From NCBI GenBank assembly GCA_910587005.1, contig CAJULB010000003.1:103725-167724 (forward strand): a stretch of 64,000 nucleotides of DNA, written 5' to 3'. This document shows, piece after piece, positions 9,731 through 17,898 of this stretch. Positions within the stretch are counted from its first letter, which is position 1. Each line of letters begins with the position of its first letter. The notes beneath the pieces are model-generated. The model saw only the letters and a list, made by a program, of their open reading frames with translations, had not been told where the DNA came from and made no database searches. Source of the DNA: an uncultured Christensenellaceae bacterium. GTDB lineage: Bacteria; Bacillota; Clostridia; Christensenellales; Borkfalkiaceae. The position numbers and the translations under genes are program-made.

Positions 9731-10348
9731 ATGACGGAAAAACAGAAGATGCTTGCGGGCAAAATTTACGACCCCAACTGTGAGGAGCTTTTGCGTTTAA
9801 GGCAGACCGCGCACAGACTTTGCAAGCTTTACAACTATACTTTCGAGGAAGAAACGGAAAAGCGCGCCGAAATTTTAAAACAGCTTTTGCCCGACCGCGG
9901 CGAGGGCGCGTATCTGCAAGGCCCGGTGTACTTCGATTACGGAGTTTTTACAAAGGTAGGCAAAAATTTTTATGCAAACTTCAATTTCACCGTTTTGGAC
10001 GTCTGCCCCGTAACAATCGGCGACAACGTTTTTGTAGGACCTAACGTTTCCATACTCGCCCCCAAACACCCGCTTTGTTTCGAGGACAGAAACGCATATA
10101 TCGGCGAAAAAGGGTATGCAACGGATAAAGAATACGGCGCGCCCGTAACAATAGGCGACAACTGCTGGATAGCGGGCAACGTAACGATTACCGCAGGCGC
10201 AAAAATAGGCAACGGCTGCGTGATAGGCGCGGGCTCGGTCGTAACGGGAACCATTCCCGACAACACTCTCGCGTACGGCGTTCCTTGCAGGGCGGTAAGG
10301 CAGATTACCGAAGCCGACAGACTTGAATTTAAAAAGGAATTGTTTTAA
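9731..10348 (+). CDS. maa: Maltose/galactoside O-acetyltransferase (left-handed beta-helix hexapeptide family)
   Basis: N-terminal Mac domain ('MLAGKIYDPNCEEL'). Hexapeptide repeats ('IGDNVFVGPNV', 'IGDNCWIAGNVTI', 'IGNGCVIGAGSVV'). Confidence 0.8.
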   Translation: MTEKQKMLAGKIYDPNCEELLRLRQTAHRLCKLYNYTFEEETEKRAEILKQLLPDRGEGAYLQGPVYFDYGVFTKVGKNFYANFNFTVLDVCPVTIGDNVFVGPNVSILAPKHPLCFEDRNAYIGEKGYATDKEYGAPVTIGDNCWIAGNVTITAGAKIGNGCVIGAGSVVTGTIPDNTLAYGVPCRAVRQITEADRLEFKKELF

Positions 10349-10351
10349 AAT

Positions 10352-11386
10352 ATGAAAATCACCCAAACGAAAATCAGCGGATATACGCTTATAACCGTTG
10401 AAAACAACGCGGGAATGACGTTAAAGCTTACCTCGCTCGGCGCGGGGATACGCGAAATTTCCGTTCCCGATAAACACGGCGAAAAGCAGGTAGTAACGCT
10501 TTGCCCGCTTGACGAGGATATTTACAAGTACGGCTATCACGGCAAGACGATAGGCAGAACCTCGGGCAGAATAAACGGCGCAACGTTTTCAATAGACGGA
10601 AAAACTGCCGTGCTTGAAAAAAACAACTGCGGAGAGGATAACCTCCACGGCGGAGCAACGGGACTGCACGTTCAGCTTTTCAATTTCGACATAAAGCAAA
10701 CCGCAAACGGCGCGGACGTAGTGTTTAAATACGCTTCCGCAGACGGTGAGGGCGGTTACTTCGGCGACGTGGAAATTACCGTTATTTACCGCATATATGC
10801 GGGGCAAAATAAGTTTGAGATAATTTTCGAGGGCGCTCCTTCGAAAAAAACTCTGCTTAATTTAACCAACCACGTCTATCTGAATATGGGCGGAAATCTT
10901 ACCGAAAACGTACAGGAGCAAACGCTCTGTTTAAACGCTTCGCACGTGGGCAGACTTAACGAAAGACTGATTGTCGAAGAGGTTATACCCGTGCCGAAGG
11001 AATTCGACTTCCGCACCCCGCACAAAATCGGCGATTATATAAACGCGGACAGCGTTCAGCTTTATACGAAGGGCTACGACCACCCGTTTTTCCTTGCGGA
11101 AAGCGGACTTGACAAAATTGCATGCGCCTTGCAGTCGGAAAAAAGCGGTATCCGCCTTGAAATCCGCACAACTTATCCGTGCGTGGTGCTTTACGCGGAT
11201 AACTATGCGGACAGCAATATAGAAGTTTACAAGGACAGAATGGACGAAAAGCACCTTGCCGCTTGTCTTGAATGTCAGTACCACCCCGACGGCGTGCATC
11301 AATCGCCTGAAAACTGCGGAATTATCACCCCCGAAAAACCTTATAAAGAAGTTATAGAATACAGCTTTGTAACTTCTAAGAAATAA
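10352..11386 (+). CDS. galM: Aldose 1-epimerase (galactose mutarotase)
   Basis: ~344 aa. 'NNCGEDNLHGG' and 'LTNHVYLN' mutarotase-like motifs, within a Leloir gene context. Confidence 0.82.
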   Translation: MKITQTKISGYTLITVENNAGMTLKLTSLGAGIREISVPDKHGEKQVVTLCPLDEDIYKYGYHGKTIGRTSGRINGATFSIDGKTAVLEKNNCGEDNLHGGATGLHVQLFNFDIKQTANGADVVFKYASADGEGGYFGDVEITVIYRIYAGQNKFEIIFEGAPSKKTLLNLTNHVYLNMGGNLTENVQEQTLCLNASHVGRLNERLIVEEVIPVPKEFDFRTPHKIGDYINADSVQLYTKGYDHPFFLAESGLDKIACALQSEKSGIRLEIRTTYPCVVLYADNYADSNIEVYKDRMDEKHLAACLECQYHPDGVHQSPENCGIITPEKPYKEVIEYSFVTSKK

Positions 11387-11441
11387 GCATAAACGCGGCA
11401 TATATGCCGTTCAATCAATAAACCGTAAAGGAAAAATCATT

Positions 11442-13190
11442 ATGAAATTCGAGAGATTTGAATACCCCCGCCCCCAATTTAAGCGCGACGAGTGGATACC
11501 GTTAAACGGCGAATGGGAGTTTGCCTTCGACGACGCAAATAAAGGCGTTAAATCGCGTTATTACCTCGGCAAGACCGCGTTCGATAAAAAGATAAACGTT
11601 CCGTTTACTTACCAGTACGAGGCGAGCGGAATAAACGATAAAACTCCGCACTCCGTCGTCTGGTACAAGCGCAGTTTCGAAGTGGACAAAAAGTATAAGA
11701 GCAAACGCGCGCTGTTGTGCTTCAACGCAAGCGATTACGAAACTGACGTTTGGGTAAACGGCGTTCACGCAGTAAACCACAAGGGCGGTTTCGCGCCGTT
11801 CTCGGCGGACATAACAGACTGCCTGTCCGCTAACGGTAAAAACGTTATAGTGGTGCGTTGCTTCGACCCTGACGACCCGACTTTGCCCCGCGGTAAACAA
11901 AGCTGGACGGGCAAGCCGTTCGGCTGCTGGTACTGGGCTAACACGGGCATATGGCAGAGCGTTTGGGTTGAGTTCTTCGATAAGGACGCAATAGAAAGCT
12001 ATACGCTTACGCCGAATATCGACGATTGCTCTTTCAGCGGAGAGATAGCGACGCTGTATTCCAAGGCGGACGAGCTTTCAATAACCGTTAAGTACAAGGA
12101 CAAAGTAATCAAAACCCAGCGCGTTTCAATGGACGGAAAGCGCACCCGCTACACGGTCAGCTTAATGGAGCTTGATTTCGTTGACGAAGTGCATTTCTGG
12201 ACGCCCGAAAACCCCAATCTTTTCTACGTTGATTTTACGCTTTACGTAAAGGGCAGGGTTGCCGATACCGCGCACACCCGCTTCGGTATGCGCAAGATTT
12301 CCGTGGACGAATACGGCAATATCTGCCTTAACAACCGCAAGCTGTACCAGCGTTTGATTTTGGACCAGGGTTACTGGCAGGAGAGCGGGCTTACTCCGCT
12401 TTCCGTGGAAGAAATTAAAAAGGATATCGAGCTTTCAAAGGCAATGGGCTTCAACGGCGCAAGAAAGCACCAGAAGTTCGAGGACCCCTATTTTTATTAC
12501 CTTGCGGACGAAATGGGCTTTTTGTGCTGGTGTGAAATGCCTTCCGCATACAATTTCAACGCGGACGAAATTTATATGCAGTCGCGCGAATGGCAGGAAA
12601 TCATTTCCGTCGCAAGAAATTTCACTTCCGTTATCTGCTATGTTCCATTGAATGAAAGCTGGGGCGTAAGAAAAATTCTTACCGACAACAAACAGCAGGA
12701 CTACGGACGCGCGCTGTACTATTTAACCAAATCAATCGACAACAGCAGGCTTGTTTCCACTAACGACGGTTGGGAAAATATCGACGTCACCGATATACTT
12801 TCCATTCACGACTACGCTTTCGACAGCTCGGAGTTTGACGGAAAATACCGTGCGGAAAACTACAACGCGCTGTATCCGCAGGGCAGAAAGCTGATGTCCG
12901 AAGGCTGTGGATACTGCGGTCAGCCCGTGCTGTTTACCGAATTCGGCGGAATAGCAATGCAGAAAAACGCAACTAACGGAAACTGGGGCTATAACCGCGG
13001 AGCCGAGAATGACGAGGAATACTATTCCCGCCTTGAAAATCTTATGAAGGGCATTTACGAAACGGAATTTCAGGGCTATTGCTTTACCCAGCTTACGGAT
13101 GTCCAGCAGGAGGTCAACGGACTTTTGGACGAATACCACAAGCCTAAGCTTGACGTTGAACGCCTTAAAAAGCTTTTCGAAAACAAATAA
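11442..13190 (+). CDS. Glycoside hydrolase family 2 (beta-galactosidase/beta-glucuronidase-like)
   Basis: GH2 sugar-binding domain ('WYKRSFEV', 'ETDVWVNG', 'HKGGFAPFSADIT'). TIM-barrel region with 'NGARKHQK' and 'VPLNESWG'. Confidence 0.8.
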   Translation: MKFERFEYPRPQFKRDEWIPLNGEWEFAFDDANKGVKSRYYLGKTAFDKKINVPFTYQYEASGINDKTPHSVVWYKRSFEVDKKYKSKRALLCFNASDYETDVWVNGVHAVNHKGGFAPFSADITDCLSANGKNVIVVRCFDPDDPTLPRGKQSWTGKPFGCWYWANTGIWQSVWVEFFDKDAIESYTLTPNIDDCSFSGEIATLYSKADELSITVKYKDKVIKTQRVSMDGKRTRYTVSLMELDFVDEVHFWTPENPNLFYVDFTLYVKGRVADTAHTRFGMRKISVDEYGNICLNNRKLYQRLILDQGYWQESGLTPLSVEEIKKDIELSKAMGFNGARKHQKFEDPYFYYLADEMGFLCWCEMPSAYNFNADEIYMQSREWQEIISVARNFTSVICYVPLNESWGVRKILTDNKQQDYGRALYYLTKSIDNSRLVSTNDGWENIDVTDILSIHDYAFDSSEFDGKYRAENYNALYPQGRKLMSEGCGYCGQPVLFTEFGGIAMQKNATNGNWGYNRGAENDEEYYSRLENLMKGIYETEFQGYCFTQLTDVQQEVNGLLDEYHKPKLDVERLKKLFENK

Positions 13191-13223
13191 AATTCAAAAT
13201 CTTAAACAGCGTATAAAAACAGT

Positions 13224-13256
13224 GCCCGACGGATTTTTCCGTCGGGCGCCGTTTTT
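13224..13256 (+). terminator. Rho-independent terminator after the GH2 gene
   Basis: Stem GCCCGACGG/CCGTCGGGC (13224-13232 / 13239-13247) followed by the T-run 13252-13256. Confidence 0.7.
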
Positions 13257-13318
13257 AAAATATAGGGGGTGAATGTACGGAATTTGACCTCCGCACCGAG
13301 AGTATTTACACGCTGATA

Positions 13319-13984
13319 TTAAACAAGCAGAATTTCGCGCGCTGTATCGTATACGGACAGCTTGTTGTAATCGGGCGCAAGACAAACGCTGTCGCCTTCA
13401 GCAATGTTTTCCGCGGAAACATTCACGGTGACGCCGCCGACTTTGCAAACGGCAAACTTTTCCGTTCCGTAGTCAAGCACCTTTTCAACAACCGCGTTAA
13501 TACCGCTTTCCGCAATTTTAACGTCGTAAGGGGTAAAGTGAAATTGCATTTCGTTTTCAAACAGCTTTTTCATTTCCCCGCCCGAAAGCAGTTTAATACC
13601 GAATTCGTCGGGAAGCTCCGCAGTGTATTCATTGACGGAAATATCTATAACAAAGCCCTTGTCTTTTTTGACTTTTCCGTTTTCGTCCGTGCGTTCTTCA
13701 ACAACCTTGCGCTTAATAAGCTTGCCTTTAAGCGAGTTGTCAAGCGAAAGCGCGGGTTGCAGGCGCTCGCCGTTTTCGTCTGTAAATGTAGCCCGCTTCA
13801 AATCGGCAGTCATATAAACCGTTTTGCCCTTGGTAAAAGTTTTTTCGTCCGACGCAATTGCGTAAACGGTGCAGCCGCCCGCTTCAAGCTTCAAAAGACG
13901 CTTGTTGTTAACGTGTTCTTCGCCGACGTATACGGCGGGAATAGTGCCTTTTTTGTTTGTTGAAGAAACGTCAACCGCATACTG
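13319..13984 (-). pseudogene. Probable 3' remnant of a MalK/MsmK-type ABC ATPase (C-terminal regulatory/TOBE-like part only)
   Basis: The track ORF (13319..13894) starts at TTG. The frame stays open to 13984 with no ATG, no RBS and no nucleotide-binding domain. The C-terminal segment 'KVLDYGTEKFAVCKVGGVTVNVSAENIAEGDSVCLAPDYNKLSVYD' parallels the C-terminus of the intact ATPase at 44807..46585 ('ELLGGEYNVHFEFCGRNMIGKLAAKHKLSAGDKIAVRFSADDLYVFD'). It could alternatively be a stand-alone small protein. Confidence 0.35.
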
Positions 13985-13996
13985 TTACTTAAAAAC

Positions 13997-14025
13997 TTGT
14001 GTTTTGCATAAATTAATGTTAAAAT
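13997..14025 (+). promoter_or_regulatory. Candidate promoter of the antitoxin-like gene
   Basis: TTGTGT (13997-14002), 17-nt spacer ending TGT, TAAAAT (14020-14025). This is an extended -10 geometry. Confidence 0.45.
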
Positions 14026-14049
14026 CAAATAAAAAAAAGTGCTTTTAGT

Positions 14050-14274
14050 ATGCTTATAGATACCAACAAAATCGTTTCCATGACGGAGGCGAATCAAAAC
14101 TTTTCCGTCGTTGCAAAGCAGGCGGAAGAAAACGGCTGCGTGGTTATTTTCAAGAACAATAACCCCAAATATATTCTGCTGGATATTTCCGCCTGCAGAT
14201 TAGAACTGCCCAAGTCGGACGAGCGCATTGAAAAAGCGGCAAAGCGCAAAATTTCTCAGGCGAAGTGGCTTTAA
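14050..14274 (+). CDS. Phd/YefM-family type II antitoxin-like protein (orphan)
   Basis: N-terminal 'VSMTEANQNFSVVAKQAEENGCVVIFKNNNPKYILLDI' fits the Phd/YefM fold pattern. No toxin ORF follows it. Confidence 0.55.
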   Translation: MLIDTNKIVSMTEANQNFSVVAKQAEENGCVVIFKNNNPKYILLDISACRLELPKSDERIEKAAKRKISQAKWL

Positions 14275-14323
14275 ATATGCGCCGGGCACGCATAATTTTA
14301 CAAAGCTTTTTAAAAATTGAACA

Positions 14324-14351
14324 TTGACTTTTTGTGTTTTTGCAGTATAAT
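14324..14351 (+). promoter_or_regulatory. Candidate sigma-A promoter
   Basis: TTGACT (14324-14329), 16-nt spacer, TATAAT (14346-14351), upstream of the kinase-like gene. Confidence 0.5.
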
Positions 14352-14399
14352 AACAGTGTAAGCAAGCGCGTTCAAACGGCGCGAAAACGGGGGCGAAAA

Positions 14400-14996
14400 A
14401 TGAAGAAAATTATAACCATAAGCAGACAGTTCGGCAGCGGCGGCAGGGCGATAGGCAAAGCCGTTGCGGAAAAACTCGGTATTCCGTGCTACGACAAAGA
14501 AATAATAGAACGCGTTGCCGAGAGCAGCGGACTTTCCCGCGATTATATCGAAGCCACGGGCGAATATTCAACTCACCGCACATGGCTTGGCAGAGCGTTA
14601 AGCACAACCCATGCCGCGGGAACGCTTAACAATGAGGATTTAATTTGGGTTGAACAGAGAAAGCTGATACTTAATTTGGCGGAAAAGGGCGCGTGCGTTA
14701 TAGTCGGGCGCTGTGCGGACTATATTTTGAAGAACCGCAGCGACGTGCTTTCCGTGTTTATCCACGCGGACGACAAATCGCGTGCCGAGCGCATAGTAAG
14801 ACTGTACGGCGAACGCGCCGAAAAGCCCGAAAAGCGTTTGAAGGATAAGGACAAACGCAGAAGCGCGTATTATAAATATTACACCGAAACCGAGTGGGGC
14901 GTTGCCTCGAACTATCACATTTCGCTTGACAGCGGCGCGCTCGGCATTGAAAAATGCGTTGAAATTATAGCTTGCGCATACGGCGACAGCGAGTAA
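14400..14996 (+). CDS. Cytidylate kinase-like family protein (AAA/P-loop)
   Basis: 'MKKIITISRQFGSGGRAIGKAVAEKLGIPCYDKEII' is the typical N-terminus of this family. Start trimmed from 14334 to the ATG at 14400, which is preceded by GGGGG. Confidence 0.75.
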   Translation: MKKIITISRQFGSGGRAIGKAVAEKLGIPCYDKEIIERVAESSGLSRDYIEATGEYSTHRTWLGRALSTTHAAGTLNNEDLIWVEQRKLILNLAEKGACVIVGRCADYILKNRSDVLSVFIHADDKSRAERIVRLYGERAEKPEKRLKDKDKRRSAYYKYYTETEWGVASNYHISLDSGALGIEKCVEIIACAYGDSE

Positions 14997-15054
14997 AATT
15001 TTTTAAAAGCGCATTTAAAAATAGAGTATAAACAGTAAAAATTTCATACTTTTA

Positions 15055-15090
15055 AACGGCGGAACCGATAGAAATGTACCGCCGTTTTTT
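15055..15090 (+). terminator. Rho-independent terminator
   Basis: Stem AACGGCGG/CCGCCGTT (15055-15062 / 15079-15086) followed by a T-run. Confidence 0.6.
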
Positions 15091-15360
15091 GTTGTTTTTT
15101 CGCTTATTGAACAAAGCTGTTTTAAATTCGGGGTTTAAACGCGGTAAATCATTCGCTAAAATTCGACAAGGTATTCGACAAAAAGTTCACATAAATCTAC
15201 TAAAACTAACTAAAAGCAACAAAAAAATCATAACAAATACCAATTGTTTACAAGCCGTTAAAACACATATAATATTGCAGTGAAAAAGCGGAAATTTCTT
15301 TTCAATAATATATAATGGCGGAAAGCTTTCCGCCGTAAATTTTCCGCCGGAAATTCACTT

Positions 15361-16494
15361 ATGATAGACCAGAAGTTCGATGAAGTATTTACATACGAAG
15401 CGCTGTATCAGGCGCATATGCGGGGAAGGCTTGCCAAGCGCGATAAAAAGCCACTTGTGCGGTTCGAGAATGCAATGCTCGGCAATCTGTACAACGTGTA
15501 CATAAAACTGCAAAACGGCACCTTCAAGCTTCGCGGTTACAATCATTTTACCGTGTTCGAGCCTAAGCGGCGCGAAATTCAGACTTTGCACTATTCCGAC
15601 AGGGTCGTCCAGCACGTTCTGTGCGACGACGTGCTTGCGCCGTACTTCACAAAGCGCACCGTTATTGATAACGCGGTCTGTCAGAAGGGCAAGGGCAGTC
15701 ACTTCGCCCTCCGCAGGTTCGAGAATATGCTTCACGGCTACATACGCACGCACGGCGCCGACGGCTATATCTTAAAATGCGACATTTTAAAATATTTTCC
15801 GACCATTCCGCACGAAAGGCTGAAAAAAATTTTTTGTGCGGAAATCCGCGACGAGCGCATAAAACAGCTTCTGAATATGATAATCGACAGCTACCATACA
15901 GATATTGTCTATCTGGAACGCTACGGCGTTAAACCGCTCGCCGACGACTCCGGCAAAACCGGCAGGGGCATACCGATAGGCAACCAGACGAGCCAGGTTT
16001 TCGGACTGTTTTATCTGAACGAGGTTGACCGCTTCGTCAAGGAAAAACTGCGCGTAAAAATTTATTCGCGGTATATGGACGACTTTGTGCTTGTTCACGA
16101 AAGTAAAGAATTTTTGCAGAGCGCTTTAAAACAGCTGACCGGGCTTGTGCACAATCTCGGGCTGGAATTTAATTCCAAAACGCAGATTTTCCCGCTTAAA
16201 AACGGGGTAACATACCTCGGTTTCCGCTATCACGTCACGCCGAGCGGAAAAGTTGTAAAAACCGTAAAAAAGAAAACGAAAAGGCGTTTGCGCTGGCGGG
16301 CAAAGCTCTTAAAAAAAGCCGCGATAGAGGGCTTAATCACTCCCGAGCGCGTTCAGCAGTCGCTTGCGGCTTTCCACGGACATCTGAAACATTCAAAGGG
16401 ATACAGACTTGAAAAAGAGATTTTTGCAAAGCTCAGCGCCTACGCGGTGACTGAAAACGTTAAAAACGGCGGGCTTATCAAAAAACGACGCTGA
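15361..16494 (+). CDS. DGR-type reverse transcriptase
   Basis: RT domains with 'GIPIGNQTSQVFGLFYL' (the DGR-typical [IV]GxxxSQ motif) and the catalytic 'YMDDFVL'. 377 aa, with no maturase or endonuclease domain. Confidence 0.9.
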   Translation: MIDQKFDEVFTYEALYQAHMRGRLAKRDKKPLVRFENAMLGNLYNVYIKLQNGTFKLRGYNHFTVFEPKRREIQTLHYSDRVVQHVLCDDVLAPYFTKRTVIDNAVCQKGKGSHFALRRFENMLHGYIRTHGADGYILKCDILKYFPTIPHERLKKIFCAEIRDERIKQLLNMIIDSYHTDIVYLERYGVKPLADDSGKTGRGIPIGNQTSQVFGLFYLNEVDRFVKEKLRVKIYSRYMDDFVLVHESKEFLQSALKQLTGLVHNLGLEFNSKTQIFPLKNGVTYLGFRYHVTPSGKVVKTVKKKTKRRLRWRAKLLKKAAIEGLITPERVQQSLAAFHGHLKHSKGYRLEKEIFAKLSAYAVTENVKNGGLIKKRR

Positions 16495-16608
16495 CGTTAA
16501 TTTACGTGCCGTTATGGCGCGATTAATAAAAAAGCGATTAAAAAAAGCGTTTAATAAAAAAAAGGGGCATAGGGAAAGGAAAAAATAAATGTACAACAAG
16601 GAGAAACC

Positions 16609-17103
16609 ATGCAGGAAGAAGAACAGCTTTCACTGCAAATGCTGGAAAAAGAAATCCAGCAAGAGCTTAACATGCCCGAAGCGGTCGGACTGACCGACCC
16701 GTCCGCGGCAACGCGCAAAGCGTACCGCATAAACGATTTCGATAACCCGCGCGATAAAGAAATGGCGGTGTTCACCCACGCGAAAAAACTTAGCGAATAC
16801 ATTTTTGTAATCACTGAAAAATCCCCGAAAAAATACCGATGGAGCATAATAAGCCGATTGCAGAACGCCTCGGTAGAGCTTGTTGAAAACCTCTACCGCG
16901 CAAATTTCGAGCGTGACGAAGCCGTCCGCGTAAGCTTTCAGAAAGCGGCGGCGGTGTGCATAAAGCTGATTGATTTTTATGCAGAAACCGCGCGCAAAAA
17001 GCAAGCGATAACCGTCAGACAGACGGGCGTGCTTGCAAAACACATAGCCGAAACCGAAAAACTTTTAAACGGCTGGGTGCGCAGCACCAAACGCAAAATG
17101 TAA
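16609..17103 (+). CDS. avd: Avd-like accessory variability determinant (four-helix-bundle protein) with an acidic N-terminal extension of about 50 aa
   Basis: Helical core 'MAVFTHAKKLSEYIFVITEKSPKKYRWSI...' and basic tail 'LLNGWVRSTKRKM' resemble the Bordetella phage Avd / TIGR02436-type proteins. AAGGAG RBS 6 nt upstream of the ATG. Confidence 0.8.
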   Translation: MQEEEQLSLQMLEKEIQQELNMPEAVGLTDPSAATRKAYRINDFDNPRDKEMAVFTHAKKLSEYIFVITEKSPKKYRWSIISRLQNASVELVENLYRANFERDEAVRVSFQKAAAVCIKLIDFYAETARKKQAITVRQTGVLAKHIAETEKLLNGWVRSTKRKM

Positions 17104-17221
17104 ATTTCATCAAACAAAGCTCGGCGCGGCTCAACTGTAAATAAAGCAACTGCAAAACAAGCAAAACAGCAAATTTCACAGTAAAAAAACCGTACCGTAA
17201 CTTTCAGGGCGGAAGCTTAAT

Positions 17222-17343
17222 ATCTTCCTGGCTGCGCTCCGGCAACAATAACAATGCTAACAATGCCAATGCACTGTCAGCCTCAGGTAACAATACCTGG
17301 ACCACTGTTTCGTCCGTCGCTGCTGTCCGCCCCGCGCTTCACT
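17222..17343 (+). repeat. DGR template repeat TR1 (cognate of the VR in this window)
   Basis: 122 bp matching 20496..20617. There are 10 mismatches, all at TR adenines. In the VR frame it reads SWLRSG-NNNNANNANALSASGNNTWT-TVSSVAAVRPALH, rich in AAC/AAT codons. It is not part of any ORF. Confidence 0.92.
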
Positions 17344-17479
17344 CGCTTGCCAAAAAACGCTTGTCAAACACAACTTAATCAAACAAAGCTCGGCGCGGTC
17401 TGACTGTAAATAAAGCAAAACTGCAAATTTCACAGTGAAAAAAACCGCACCGTAACTTTCAGGGCGGAAGTCTGCTTAT

Positions 17480-17601
17480 ACTTCCTGGCTGCGCTCCGGC
17501 AACAATAACAATGCGAACAATGCCAATGCTCTGTCAGCCTCGGGCAATAACAACGGTTCTACTGTTTCGTCCGTCGCTGCTGTCCGCCCCGCGCTTCAAC
17601 T
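17480..17601 (+). repeat. DGR template repeat TR2 (no cognate VR in this window)
   Basis: Same 5' (CTTCCTGGCTGCGCTCCGGC) and 3' (ACTGTTTCGTCCGTCGCTGCTGTCCGCCCCGCGCTTCA) arms as TR1 and the VR. The 20-codon core reads NNNNANNANALSASGNNNGS. It differs from the VR at non-A positions (e.g. GCG vs GCT, GGTTCT vs TGGACC). Confidence 0.8.
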
Positions 17602-17776
17602 CGCTTGCCAAAAAACGATTGTGAAAAGCAATTGTCTGAAAACAGATTGCCCAAACATTAAACGACAAAGCTCGGCAAGGCTTCGGTAAAACTTTTGCTA
17701 ACACAGTTATGACTTACAAGAAATAACTACCCCAACTACCGAAGCCGCGCCGTAACTTTCAGGGCGGAAGCTTAAT

Positions 17777-17898
17777 ATCTTCCTGGCTGCGCTCCGGCAA
17801 CACAAACAACGCGAGCAATGCAAACTTTCTGACAGCCTCGGGCAACAATAACAATACGACTGTTTCGTCCGTCGCTGCTGTCCGCCCCGCGCTTCACT
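17777..17898 (+). repeat. DGR template repeat TR3 (no cognate VR in this window)
   Basis: 122 bp with the same arms. The 20-codon core reads NTNNASNANFLTASGNNNNT. It differs from the VR at several non-A positions. Confidence 0.8.

Larger units (their letters stand above)
17111..17898 (+). repeat. Tandem array of three TR cassettes (leader box - 122-bp TR - trailer box)
   Basis: Units begin near 17111, 17380 and 17661. An identical 21-nt box CCGTAACTTTCAGGGCGGAAG lies at 17195-17215, 17450-17470 and 17750-17770. A TCGCTTGC trailer follows each TR. The leader 'AAACAAAGCTCGGCGCGG...CTGTAAATAAAGCAA' is shared by units 1 and 2. Confidence 0.9.

Noticed and set aside
17111-17898. TR array interpreted as pseudogenised VR-bearing gene fragments or a simple tandem duplication
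   Set aside because: No ORF spans any copy. The cores are saturated with AAC/AAT (the unmutated template state), whereas the coding copy shows substitutions only at those adenines. The array sits directly behind RT-Avd. The template interpretation fits better, although TR2 and TR3 activity remains unproven.
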